In this document: in pieces, positions 1-7,360 of the stretch | Layout: every line of letters begins with the position of its first letter | How positions within the stretch are numbered: position 1 is the first letter of the stretch | DNA from: Candidatus Uhrbacteria bacterium | GTDB taxonomy: Bacteria; Patescibacteriota; Patescibacteriia; UBA9934 | DNA length: 64,000 bases | Direction: 5' to 3' | Assembly: GCA_943354605.1 (NCBI GenBank) | Contig: CALRCK010000003.1 | Location: forward strand, 85,609-149,608 | Made by a program: the position numbers and the translations under genes | The notes under the pieces: generated by a model | What the model saw: the letters and a program-made list of their open reading frames with translations, nothing else | Databases searched by the model: none | What the model was told of the DNA's origin: nothing

Positions 1-571
1 TCTTTTTTTCATCAATCACCTTCTTTACCTCATTCCCCATGTATCGCAAGTTTGATCCCTTGCCCGGAATCTCCCCCGGTATGCCGAATGGATGAACGGT
101 CACAACAAAGTCCGCAAACTTCTCGGCGTATTTTGCTTTGACGCTTGCGGCGTACTTCCGAAAATTTTCCTCGTCGCGTTCTTCGCCACCAAGCGCGACA
201 ATGATCCGATCCGTGCGATACGGCCCGCGAAGCAGCGATTGAATTGCCTCGTCGATAATCGATTCGTCCTCATGCAACGTCGGCAACATCACGAGGTGAT
301 AGATCCGTTCCCAGCCCGCAATCTTCTGTACTTCCGCGTACCAATCCACGGAAAGCGTTTTTCGATACGATCGGTATGCGGCGATGACGTGAATCACGAA
401 GTAGTACACGCGGAGCATCCAGTACAAATCGAAGACAATGATAAAAATGATGCCGGCAATTGGAGCGAAGATCGACAACGAAAACGCGAAGGCGAGAACG
501 CCCCAAGCAAACATCCCCGGAATCATTTCGAGGAATCGATGCTCACCGTACTGACCGAATCGGACACTCAT
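1..571 (-). CDS. Membrane family-2 glycosyltransferase (CesA/HAS-like); N-terminal part only, gene continues past window start
   Basis: Reverse-strand translation from ATG (569-571): MSVRFGQYGEHRFLEMIPGMFAWGVLAFAFSLSIFAPIAGIIFIIVFDLYW... gives two TM helices followed by LVMLPTLHEDESIIDEAIQSLL...RIIVALGGEERDE, typical of processive GT2 enzymes. There is no stop before position 1, so it is absent from the ORF track. Confidence 0.5.
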   Translation of the reverse strand, partial: MSVRFGQYGEHRFLEMIPGMFAWGVLAFAFSLSIFAPIAGIIFIIVFDLYWMLRVYYFVIHVIAAYRSYRKTLSVDWYAEVQKIAGWERIYHLVMLPTLHEDESIIDEAIQSLLRGPYRTDRIIVALGGEERDEENFRKYAASVKAKYAEKFADFVVTVHPFGIPGEIPGKGSNLRYMGNEVKKVIDEKK

Positions 572-596
572 AATATATGGAGACTATTGTTCCCGG

Positions 597-676
597 GTCA
601 TCCTGAGTGCAACGAAGGATCTCTCGTAGGTGATCCGGATCACCTACGGAAGATTCTTCGCTTCGCTCAGAATGAC
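597..676. repeat. REP/MITE-like nested palindromic element, family 1 (GTCATCCTGAG...CTCAGAATGAC), copy 1
   Basis: Terminal inverted repeats GTCATCCTGAGTGCAACGAAGGATCT / AGATTCTTCGCTTCGCTCAGAATGAC flank an internal perfect palindrome CGTAGGTGATCCGGATCACCTACG. It lies between the tsaB stop and the GT2 start. Confidence 0.75.
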
Positions 677-1101
677 TGAGGCGAAATATTTCGTCGAAGC
701 GCGTCCTTCTTTGTGGCAGTAATCGTTGGTGCGTTTGCGTAGAGTGGACGAAGCATGGGAACCGAATGCGTGCCGGCGAGATCGATCAACGCGGCACGGT
801 CGTCCACTCCAGGAGCAAGTTCAATGCTGTACATCGGAATTGATTGCGTGAAGGCAAACGTATTCGCCCACGCCAATATCGTTCGAAGCGCGGTGGCCGA
901 TCCTGGACCAACAACGACAGCAAGATCGGAAATCGACTTCAGATCAATGCGCTGTTCACGAAGCCAGCTGTCGATAGTGAAGAGAAACTCTTCAGGACGA
1001 ACGCTGAATGTCTTTGGTGGAATCGCAAACGACGCGCGGTTTTCCGCAATGGCTCCGATGGTGAGTTTCGCGATGTCGGATCCATTCACGTACAGCATCA
1101 T
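667..1101 (-). CDS. tsaB: tRNA threonylcarbamoyladenosine biosynthesis protein TsaB-like (YeaZ family, C-terminally short)
   Basis: MMLYVNGSDIAKLTIGAIAENRAS...DLAVVVGPGSATALRTILAWANTFAFTQSIPMYSI matches the TsaB/Kae1-like N-terminal fold (GPGSFTG-type motif). Its start abuts the stop of the upstream gene. Confidence 0.55.
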   Translation of the reverse strand: MMLYVNGSDIAKLTIGAIAENRASFAIPPKTFSVRPEEFLFTIDSWLREQRIDLKSISDLAVVVGPGSATALRTILAWANTFAFTQSIPMYSIELAPGVDDRAALIDLAGTHSVPMLRPLYANAPTITATKKDALRRNISPQSF

Positions 1102-1757
1102 AGTTCTGGAAACGTGTTCCACAATACCACGCGCTTTGCATCAAGAATCGTTGCAAGGAATCGGTCGCCAACATCTTTGCGATACAAGAATTCCTCCTTT
1201 GGCATGGCGGTAAAGTTCACCTCTCGCGCAATGTCGCGCTCAAATTCGCGAATCGCGCCGGCAAGATGCTCCGGATCGATCGTTCCAACGATGAGAAGAT
1301 CAGTTGGGACGTTTGTCGCATCCACGAATCGGCCCGTGAGCAAAATGAGATCGATGTCGCCTTTCTCGCGCAAGACTCGAACAATCTCGCGATTCATCAG
1401 CACTGCCGCTTTTCGCATCACGCCGCGCAAATCTTCGAACAGAGGAAATTCCATGTTCGCACGATAGAATTTCTTCTTCTCTCCCTTTGTTTCCGGCTCG
1501 TCGTCTTTTGCCTCTGTTGGGATAATTTTCCCCTCAACTTCGAGCACCACGCCCACATCCACCAAATTCTTCAGCTCGCGGCGCACCGCGTTCAGCTGAG
1601 CATCAATCCGGCGGGTCAATTCACGCACGTAAAATGCGCGATCGGAATTCTCCAAAAACAACGTTAAGAGACGTGCCCTCGTTCGTGAACCAAAAAGTTG
1701 TTCAATGCGGAACTCTCCAGGTTTTGCTACTACTTCCGGCTCGTCGGTGTTATCCAT
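1098..1757 (-). CDS. Putative HTH transcriptional regulator with uncharacterised C-terminal domain
   Basis: 219 aa. N-terminal winged-helix-like segment (RTRARLLTLFLENSDRAFYVRELTRRIDAQLNAVRRELKNLVDVGVV), lysine-rich linker and a C-terminal alpha/beta domain. Divergently arranged with the 723-aa membrane protein gene. Confidence 0.4.
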   Translation of the reverse strand: MDNTDEPEVVAKPGEFRIEQLFGSRTRARLLTLFLENSDRAFYVRELTRRIDAQLNAVRRELKNLVDVGVVLEVEGKIIPTEAKDDEPETKGEKKKFYRANMEFPLFEDLRGVMRKAAVLMNREIVRVLREKGDIDLILLTGRFVDATNVPTDLLIVGTIDPEHLAGAIREFERDIAREVNFTAMPKEEFLYRKDVGDRFLATILDAKRVVLWNTFPEL

Positions 1758-1810
1758 AGAGGAGATCGCGTATATCGGAAACTACTACTATACTGTACGA
1801 GAAGAGACCT

Positions 1811-3982
1811 TTGTCCGCAACCAGCATCATGCCTGCCCCATTATACCGTTTGAAATCCGCAGAACTCCTTGTTCCAGGCACCACACCGGAACATTTGAGT
1901 ATTCGCACTATCCTTTTACCGCTTTCCCAAGGCCAAGGATCCGTTTTCGGGTTGATGGACATCACACACCGCGACAGCGAGGCTCGCGAGCGATTTCTGC
2001 ATATTATCGCCAGTCACCTGGAAGTGCTTCGCGCCGATATTGAGAAAGACGGTGGCAATGTGCCGCGCAGGTTTGAAGCCATGCTCGTCACGATGAATGC
2101 CGACATCGCTCGTCGTGTTGATGAAACAAATCTCTCACTCAAAAAGGCAAACATCCTCGTTGGCGTCATAACGAACACGCAAGTGTTCTTCAGTGGCATC
2201 GGCTCAAACCATGCGCTATTTCTCCATCGCACCGCAGAACGCCGATACGTGGTGTACGAACTTGACGCACAACTCGTGAGTGACGAAAATTCTCCGGAGA
2301 AGCCGCTTGTGACCGTTCTTGATGGCGAGCTCCACCCAGGCGACGTCTTTTATGCGGCACGTCGCATCCCGCCGCACGCGCTTTCGCTTGGTGATTTGCA
2401 AGACATTCTCGTGACACTCCCCCCACAAGGCGCGCTGGAACGCATCCAACAGTTTGTTCCGCCAACGGCACAATTTGGTGGGATCTGTTTTCATGTGAGC
2501 GAAGAGGAGCCACTTGGGCCGCCAAAGAAAGCGAACCCAATGGTGTCAATTTCGGATTTGGAAGAAACAAAGTCCCGAACTGCGGATCTGCTTGGCGAAC
2601 AAACGCCAGACGTTCCACAAAAACTCGCGCTTGGTTTAGCGTCCACAAAAAAATTCCTCGCAACCTACAGCGACAGCGCACTGTGGCGCGGAGTGAAGCG
2701 CGCTGGCCGATTCGCTATCGGCGCGATTGAGCGATTCCTCAAGCAAAAACCGGTCGGCGAAATGCGCACCGGTACCCGGATTGGCGGAAGCAACCATCGC
2801 GGCCGGTTTGGCGGCTTTGCCGGGCGGATTGATTCGTTGCGCCACGCAGGAATTACCGCTGTCAACGGCGCGTCGCGCACCACCAAAGTTGTTGGTGTCG
2901 GTGTTGCAATCGTCGTCGTGATTGTCGTGATGAGCATCGCGAATCGCCAGGCCGGACAGAGGGCTGCAGAAGAAAATGTCGCGTACCAATCTGCGTTAAC
3001 GAAAATCGAGGAAAAGCGCACCGCCGCAGAAGCCGCGATTATTTACGGCAACACTCAGGAAGCACAAACACTCGTCACCGATGCAACCAATCTTCTCGCA
3101 ACGCTTCCAAAAGACACTTCTGCACAAAAAACAAAAGCGGATGACCTGAGCCGCGCCCTTCAAGATTTACTTGGTCGAACGCGCGGCATGGAAACAGTTG
3201 TTCCAACGAAAATCGCGGAGCTTCCAGCACAATTCGCATTCCCGCTTGTTGGCATCACAAGTTCTGGTAACGCGCTCTATGGTATTACTGCCGACGCCGC
3301 ACCGTGGCGTGTGAATGAAGTAAGCAAGGCGATGGAACGCGTCGATGTTGGCCAAAGCCCAGCACAAAACATCATCATCACCGCCGGTGAAGGCGATAAT
3401 ATTCTTACCGTGGACATGGACAAGCGTTTGTGGCGCACCACGGTGGCAACGCCAGCAATCGCGTCGCTCACGAGCGGCATCGACGGCATGGCGAGTATTG
3501 AAGACATCTCCTCATACAACGACAACCTGTATGCCCTAAGCGCGACAAGCGGCCAAATCGTCAAGATGCGTCCACAAGGCCTAGGCTTTGAGGCGGGTAC
3601 GCCGTGGATTACCGCAAAGACGAGCGATCTCAGCCACGCGAAAGCGATCGCAATCGATGGAAGCGTATGGGTGCTAACGGATACGGACGTGGTCGTGTTT
3701 AAGAGCGGCCGCGAAACGCCATGGGATCATGCAAAGATTGATCCAGCAATCGTGAAACCGCTCGATATCTGGACGGACATCGACAGCAAATATCTCTACA
3801 TCCTGGACGGCAGCGACGGCCGCGTGGTGGTGATGGACAAAGACAAGGGCGGTATCGTTGCCCAATACGTCGCAAATCTCTCCGGAGTCGTCAGCTTCGT
3901 GGTTCGCGAAAGCGAGAATCGAATTCTCCTCACCACACCAACAGCAGTGTACTCGTACACGGCAACGCATTTATTGAAGTAA
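1811..3982 (+). CDS. Large membrane protein: N-terminal PP2C/SpoIIE-like domain, one TM helix, C-terminal beta-propeller-like repeats
   Basis: 723 aa. ILVGVITNTQVFFSGIGSNHALFL and LVTVLDGELHPGDVFYAAR resemble PP2C signature blocks. TM segment VVGVGVAIVVVIVVMSIA. C-terminal repeated motifs (YALSATSGQIVKM, VWVLTDTDVVVFKSG, LYILDGSDGRVVVMD). Confidence 0.55.
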   Translation: MSATSIMPAPLYRLKSAELLVPGTTPEHLSIRTILLPLSQGQGSVFGLMDITHRDSEARERFLHIIASHLEVLRADIEKDGGNVPRRFEAMLVTMNADIARRVDETNLSLKKANILVGVITNTQVFFSGIGSNHALFLHRTAERRYVVYELDAQLVSDENSPEKPLVTVLDGELHPGDVFYAARRIPPHALSLGDLQDILVTLPPQGALERIQQFVPPTAQFGGICFHVSEEEPLGPPKKANPMVSISDLEETKSRTADLLGEQTPDVPQKLALGLASTKKFLATYSDSALWRGVKRAGRFAIGAIERFLKQKPVGEMRTGTRIGGSNHRGRFGGFAGRIDSLRHAGITAVNGASRTTKVVGVGVAIVVVIVVMSIANRQAGQRAAEENVAYQSALTKIEEKRTAAEAAIIYGNTQEAQTLVTDATNLLATLPKDTSAQKTKADDLSRALQDLLGRTRGMETVVPTKIAELPAQFAFPLVGITSSGNALYGITADAAPWRVNEVSKAMERVDVGQSPAQNIIITAGEGDNILTVDMDKRLWRTTVATPAIASLTSGIDGMASIEDISSYNDNLYALSATSGQIVKMRPQGLGFEAGTPWITAKTSDLSHAKAIAIDGSVWVLTDTDVVVFKSGRETPWDHAKIDPAIVKPLDIWTDIDSKYLYILDGSDGRVVVMDKDKGGIVAQYVANLSGVVSFVVRESENRILLTTPTAVYSYTATHLLK

Positions 3983-4030
3983 ATACAAAACGCGAGCCCG
4001 TCATGCGGACTCGCGTTTTGGTTTCGTGAA

Positions 4031-4438
4031 TTATCGCAAGGAAATTTTGAACATCTTTTCTGGCATCTTTACCGAATACTCTCCAGGGCCCATCCATGCC
4101 ATGCCGATGGCTGCCGTGAGAAGAGTGAATTCGAATTCCCATCCGCCAGTGAATCCCATCTTCCACTTCATCGTGAGGATTGCACCAACCATCACCGCCG
4201 CCAATGCGTAGCCGGCGTAGCGAGTATATGCGCCAACGAGCATTGCTGCGCCGCCGAGGAGCTCGATGATTCCAACCACTACGCCAAGCCATCCTGGCAT
4301 ACCGAACTTCACAAACATCGCCATCACGCCCGCAACACTCGCAAGCTTCATTGCACCGTGGGTAATGAATACTGCCGCGAGCCCAAGACGAACACTGAGA
4401 AGTCCTGCGTCTGGTGTCGCCCATTTCATCTTGACCAT
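4031..4438 (-). CDS. doxX: DoxX family membrane protein
   Basis: MVKMKWATPDAGLLSVRLGLAAVFITHGAMKL... four predicted TM helices, DoxX-like. Confidence 0.7.
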   Translation of the reverse strand: MVKMKWATPDAGLLSVRLGLAAVFITHGAMKLASVAGVMAMFVKFGMPGWLGVVVGIIELLGGAAMLVGAYTRYAGYALAAVMVGAILTMKWKMGFTGGWEFEFTLLTAAIGMAWMGPGEYSVKMPEKMFKISLR

Positions 4439-4454
4439 ACAAAAGGCAAACTTC

Positions 4455-4570
4455 CCCATTTGGTCTAGTTTCGATTCACACCATCGCAAACTCGCTCAAC
4501 GTACCATGGAGTACGCCTCGCGAGTTTTGCTCGTCGTTCATCGAAACTAGCCTCAAATGTGAAAGTTCGA
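4455..4570 (-). repeat. Family-2 conserved ~110 bp hairpin element (copy A), sense orientation toward doxX start
   Basis: Shares ...CCATTTGG...GAAACTCGCTCAACGTAC..GTACGCCTCGCGAG...CTCAAATGTG with copies at 5672-5784, 29010-29125 and 38647-38715. It ends about 20 nt upstream of the doxX ATG. Confidence 0.7.
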
Positions 4571-4595
4571 TTAGGAATAATCGTAATCAGTGTAC

Positions 4596-4622
4596 CAAAA
4601 ACCCCAGCCTTACGCTGGGGCT
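4596..4622 (-). terminator. Rho-independent terminator after rplL
   Basis: Minus-strand hairpin CCCCAGCgtaagGCTGGGG followed by a T-run. Confidence 0.6.
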
Positions 4623-4630
4623 TTGTGGAC

Positions 4631-5014
4631 TTATTTCAAGGTAACCGTTGCACCTGCGGCTTCGAGCTTTGCCTTCATGTCGTCGGCTTCTGCCTTTGAA
4701 GCGCCTTCCTTCACGGCCTTTGGAGCAGCATCCACGATGTCCTTTGCTTCCTTGAGGCCAAGACCGGTCACTTCGCGAACTGCCTTAATGACGTTGATCT
4801 TGCTGTCGCCAGCTGCGGTGAGTTCAACGGTGAATGTGGACTTCTCTTCTGCTGCTGCACCCGCTGCTGCTGGAGCTGCGGCCATCATCATTGCTGGAGC
4901 TGCTGCAGAGACACCGAAGTTCTCTTCCAACACCTTCACCAACTCCGAAAGATCAAGAACAGACATCTTCTCAATTTCGCTCACGATGGACTGGAACTTT
5001 GCTGGGATTTCCAT
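4631..5014 (-). CDS. rplL: 50S ribosomal protein L7/L12
   Basis: [35 protein letters not shown]...[27 protein letters not shown], canonical L7/L12. Confidence 0.95.
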   Translation of the reverse strand: MEIPAKFQSIVSEIEKMSVLDLSELVKVLEENFGVSAAAPAMMMAAAPAAAGAAAEEKSTFTVELTAAGDSKINVIKAVREVTGLGLKEAKDIVDAAPKAVKEGASKAEADDMKAKLEAAGATVTLK

Positions 5015-5036
5015 AAAAAGATAAATGATTTTTGAA

Positions 5037-5564
5037 TTACGCTGTTTTCTTTTCCTTCACTGCACCAAGGACATTGACCAAACTACGGAGGTTGCCAGCG
5101 AGAACGTTGACAAATCCGGTTGGCGTTGCGTTGAGTGTGCGAACGAGCATTCCAAGGAGCTGTTCCTTGCTTGGCAGTTCTGCCACACGCTTCACGTCGG
5201 CAGTACCGATGAGACGGTTTTCCAACACACCTGCAACCAAGCTTCCGATTTCTTTGTCTTTCAAGAAATCCTTCAGCACTTTTGCAGCAGTCACTTCGTC
5301 GCCATAGCTCACCGCAGTGAGAATGGAACCCTGTAACGCGTCGGGCACCACACCTTCCAACCCCGCTTCCTTTGCCGCAAGCGTCAGCAACGTTTTCTTC
5401 GAGATGAAGATATCCACGTTCTGTGCTCGAGCCTTGGCGCGCAAGTCGTCGGCATGATTCATGGTAAATCCGGACACGGACACAAAGGCTGCACCTTTCA
5501 TCCGCGTAAACTGATCCGCGATTCCCGCCACGATGTCGCGTTTTTCTGAACGAGACTTTGGCAT
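5037..5564 (-). CDS. rplJ: 50S ribosomal protein L10
   Basis: [46 protein letters not shown]..., canonical L10, immediately upstream of rplL. Confidence 0.9.
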   Translation of the reverse strand: MPKSRSEKRDIVAGIADQFTRMKGAAFVSVSGFTMNHADDLRAKARAQNVDIFISKKTLLTLAAKEAGLEGVVPDALQGSILTAVSYGDEVTAAKVLKDFLKDKEIGSLVAGVLENRLIGTADVKRVAELPSKEQLLGMLVRTLNATPTGFVNVLAGNLRSLVNVLGAVKEKKTA

Positions 5565-5671
5565 AAATGAACCCTTAAATAAATGAGCAGCCCTTTAGGG
5601 GCCGCAGACATGTTCTAAACCGAGAGGTTCAGAGCGAGATTCTCGACAGGACTTACACCGGGATATCGAAC

Positions 5672-5784
5672 GTTCATATTTGAGACCAGTTTCGATGAAG
5701 GTCGAGGAAAGCTCGCGAGGCGTACTTCTCGGTACGTTGAGCGAGTTTCCGATGACCTGAGTCGAAAATGGGCCAAATAGGGAC
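5672..5784 (+). repeat. Family-2 conserved hairpin element (copy C), sense toward GGDEF gene
   Basis: GTTCATATTTGAGACCAGTTTCGATGAAGGTCGAGGAAAGCTCGCGAGGCGTACTTCTCGGTACGTTGAGCGAGTTTCCGATGACCTGAGTCGAAAATGGGCCAAATAGGG. Confidence 0.7.
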
Positions 5785-5967
5785 GTTCGATCGGCGACCT
5801 GTTGTCTGCGGATCTCGAGGACGGTGGAATAGTACAAATCCAAGCTCAAACTGTCAAATCTTTGCGAACATTCGCGATGTTTTATTGACGAAAACCCCAA
5901 ATTTTGCTATACTTTTCCGTTCGGCTGTTCTCAGTTTCTTCCACTGTTCCACACCCAGGTACTCACC

Positions 5968-6582
5968 ATGGACGTTCTCACGAACGCTGATCTCCACCCC
6001 ACCAACCTCCTGGACGCGCAGCGAGTCATCGCCCAACTCGTCAAGGAAAATGCTCGCCTACGCGACCTCGCATTCACCGATGAGCTGACGAAGCTCATGA
6101 AGCGCGAGCCGGTCATCGACCGTATTTCCCGTGAACTCGGCGTGCATTCGCTGAATAAACGGAAGCCGAAAAACGGCATCGAAAGCATCGCTGTCGTCGC
6201 CGTTGACCTCATCGGATTCAAAAACGTCAACGATCGCGTGAGCCACACCGCCGGCGACGCCGTCCTCGTTCAGACGGCAACGGCGCTCACCAGCGCCGTG
6301 CGCGTGAATGACCTTGTTGCGCGCTGGGGTGGCGACGAGTTCATGCTCGTCTTGTGGAACATCATCCCGGAAGACGTGACCATCGTACTCGATCGTGCCA
6401 GGAGCTCTATCAAGGCCCTGGGACACGACCTCGACGTACGGATGGGCTGCGTCGTCTGGGAGCGAAAGCATGGGTATCCCGCGAACGCACAACGGCTCAT
6501 CGATGTCGCAGATGCCAACGAGCGCGAGCTCCACCGCGCCAAGTTGGCGGGGCACCTCGTCACCACGTTCGGGGAGCGGTAG
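5968..6582 (+). CDS. GGDEF-domain protein (putative diguanylate cyclase)
   Basis: Contains RWGGDEFMLVL (intact GGDEF motif) and an upstream I-site-like region. 204 aa. Confidence 0.7.
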   Translation: MDVLTNADLHPTNLLDAQRVIAQLVKENARLRDLAFTDELTKLMKREPVIDRISRELGVHSLNKRKPKNGIESIAVVAVDLIGFKNVNDRVSHTAGDAVLVQTATALTSAVRVNDLVARWGGDEFMLVLWNIIPEDVTIVLDRARSSIKALGHDLDVRMGCVVWERKHGYPANAQRLIDVADANERELHRAKLAGHLVTTFGER

Positions 6583-6600
6583 AACGCCACGCACGCCCAA

Positions 6601-6637
6601 CGGCCGGCCCTTCGCGAGAGGGGCCGGTTCGCGTTTT
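6601..6637 (+). terminator. Rho-independent terminator after GGDEF gene
   Basis: GGCCGGCCCttcgcgagaGGGGCCGG followed by CGCGTTTT. Confidence 0.55.
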
Positions 6638-6819
6638 AAGCGAATATTCGCCATTTTTCTTCTCTTTCCACATTGACAAATCTCCATGTTTCTGGCACTA
6701 TTTATGGTCTGAAATGCCCTGGAGCTCTGGGAAACGCCACCAAAAGCGGCCTTTCCCAGGGCTCGAGCAGCCCATCAGTCCCCACGGGCTTCAAGCCCAT
6801 CACTCAGGAAGGAGCCGTC

Positions 6820-7125
6820 ATGGCAATGGCAAATTGCGATCCCCGACCCACCCGTTCCAACCGCGGGATCCTGCTCGACAGCGACGACGCCCTCGTCGTC
6901 GTCGGGTTCACCCTCCCGATGCGGAAGTTCGGCGATGACCGGCAGGACGTCGTTGACCGCCGCGAGCCCGACGCCTGGCTCGCGGAACAGCGAGCGGAGC
7001 GCTACGAAGCATGGCTCTCCGCCCGACTCCGCGAGATCGCCGAGATCGCCACCTGTGCCGATGCGGGGTGGGACGACGGCATCCCCTGGGATCCCTTCGG
7101 CCTCGACCAACCCGCGAGCTGGTAG
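6820..7125 (+). CDS. Hypothetical small acidic protein in a high-GC island
   Basis: ATG at 6820 preceded by the SD GGAAGGAG (6807-6814). MAMANCDPRPTRSNRGILLDSDDALVVVGF...GWDDGIPWDPFGLDQPASW. GC about 65% with high GC3. Followed by its own terminator. Confidence 0.45.
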   Translation: MAMANCDPRPTRSNRGILLDSDDALVVVGFTLPMRKFGDDRQDVVDRREPDAWLAEQRAERYEAWLSARLREIAEIATCADAGWDDGIPWDPFGLDQPASW

Positions 7126-7225
7126 CCAACCAGCAGCGACACGACAGCGGGCGGAGAGAACGAGACCTCTCCGCCCACCCGCAGAGTTCATGATCAGCCG
7201 ATCGTGAGTTGTGCGAGTGAAATGC

Positions 7226-7257
7226 AAAACCGCCACCGAGATTTCGGTGGCGGTTTT
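7226..7257. terminator. Bidirectional rho-independent terminator
   Basis: AAAACCGCCACCGAgattTCGGTGGCGGTTTT, a perfect stem flanked by A and T runs. Confidence 0.75.
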
Positions 7258-7272
7258 GTCGTATGTGCTTCA

Positions 7273-7339
7273 GTCATCCCCGCGTAGGCGGGGATCCATC
7301 TCTCCGAACAGCCTGGATCCCCGCCTACGCGGGGATGAC
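7273..7339. repeat. Perfect 26-bp inverted repeat element (GTCATCCCCGCGTAGGCGGGGATCCA ... TGGATCCCCGCCTACGCGGGGATGAC), pristine member of the GTCAT..ATGAC family
   Basis: Arms at 7273-7298 and 7314-7339 are exact reverse complements. Each arm contains its own CCCCGC-GTAG-GCGGGG sub-hairpin. The termini match family-1 elements. Confidence 0.75.
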
Positions 7340-7360
7340 CAGAGTCGAGAACGGCACTTG

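Noticed and set aside
92-679. 195-aa plus-strand ORF ending ...HPECNEGSLVGDPDHLRKILRFAQND (and similar ORFs at 10938-11366 and 14405-14623)
   Set aside because: The C-terminal peptide is encoded by a REP-like palindrome and the rest is antisense to the GT2 gene. This is a typical repeat-derived spurious ORF.
5565-5930. Family-2 element copy upstream of rplJ as the classical L10(L12)4 autoregulatory leader
   Set aside because: The element is oriented toward the GGDEF gene, not rplJ, and the same sequence precedes rpsB, gyrB and doxX, so it is not an L10-specific leader.
7273-7339. CRISPR-like repeat (CCCCGC-GTAG-GCGGGG hairpin resembling type I-E repeats)
   Set aside because: Only two copies, arranged as a single inverted repeat with a 15-nt loop. 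No spacer array and no cas genes. Better explained as a member of the GTCAT..ATGAC palindromic element family.
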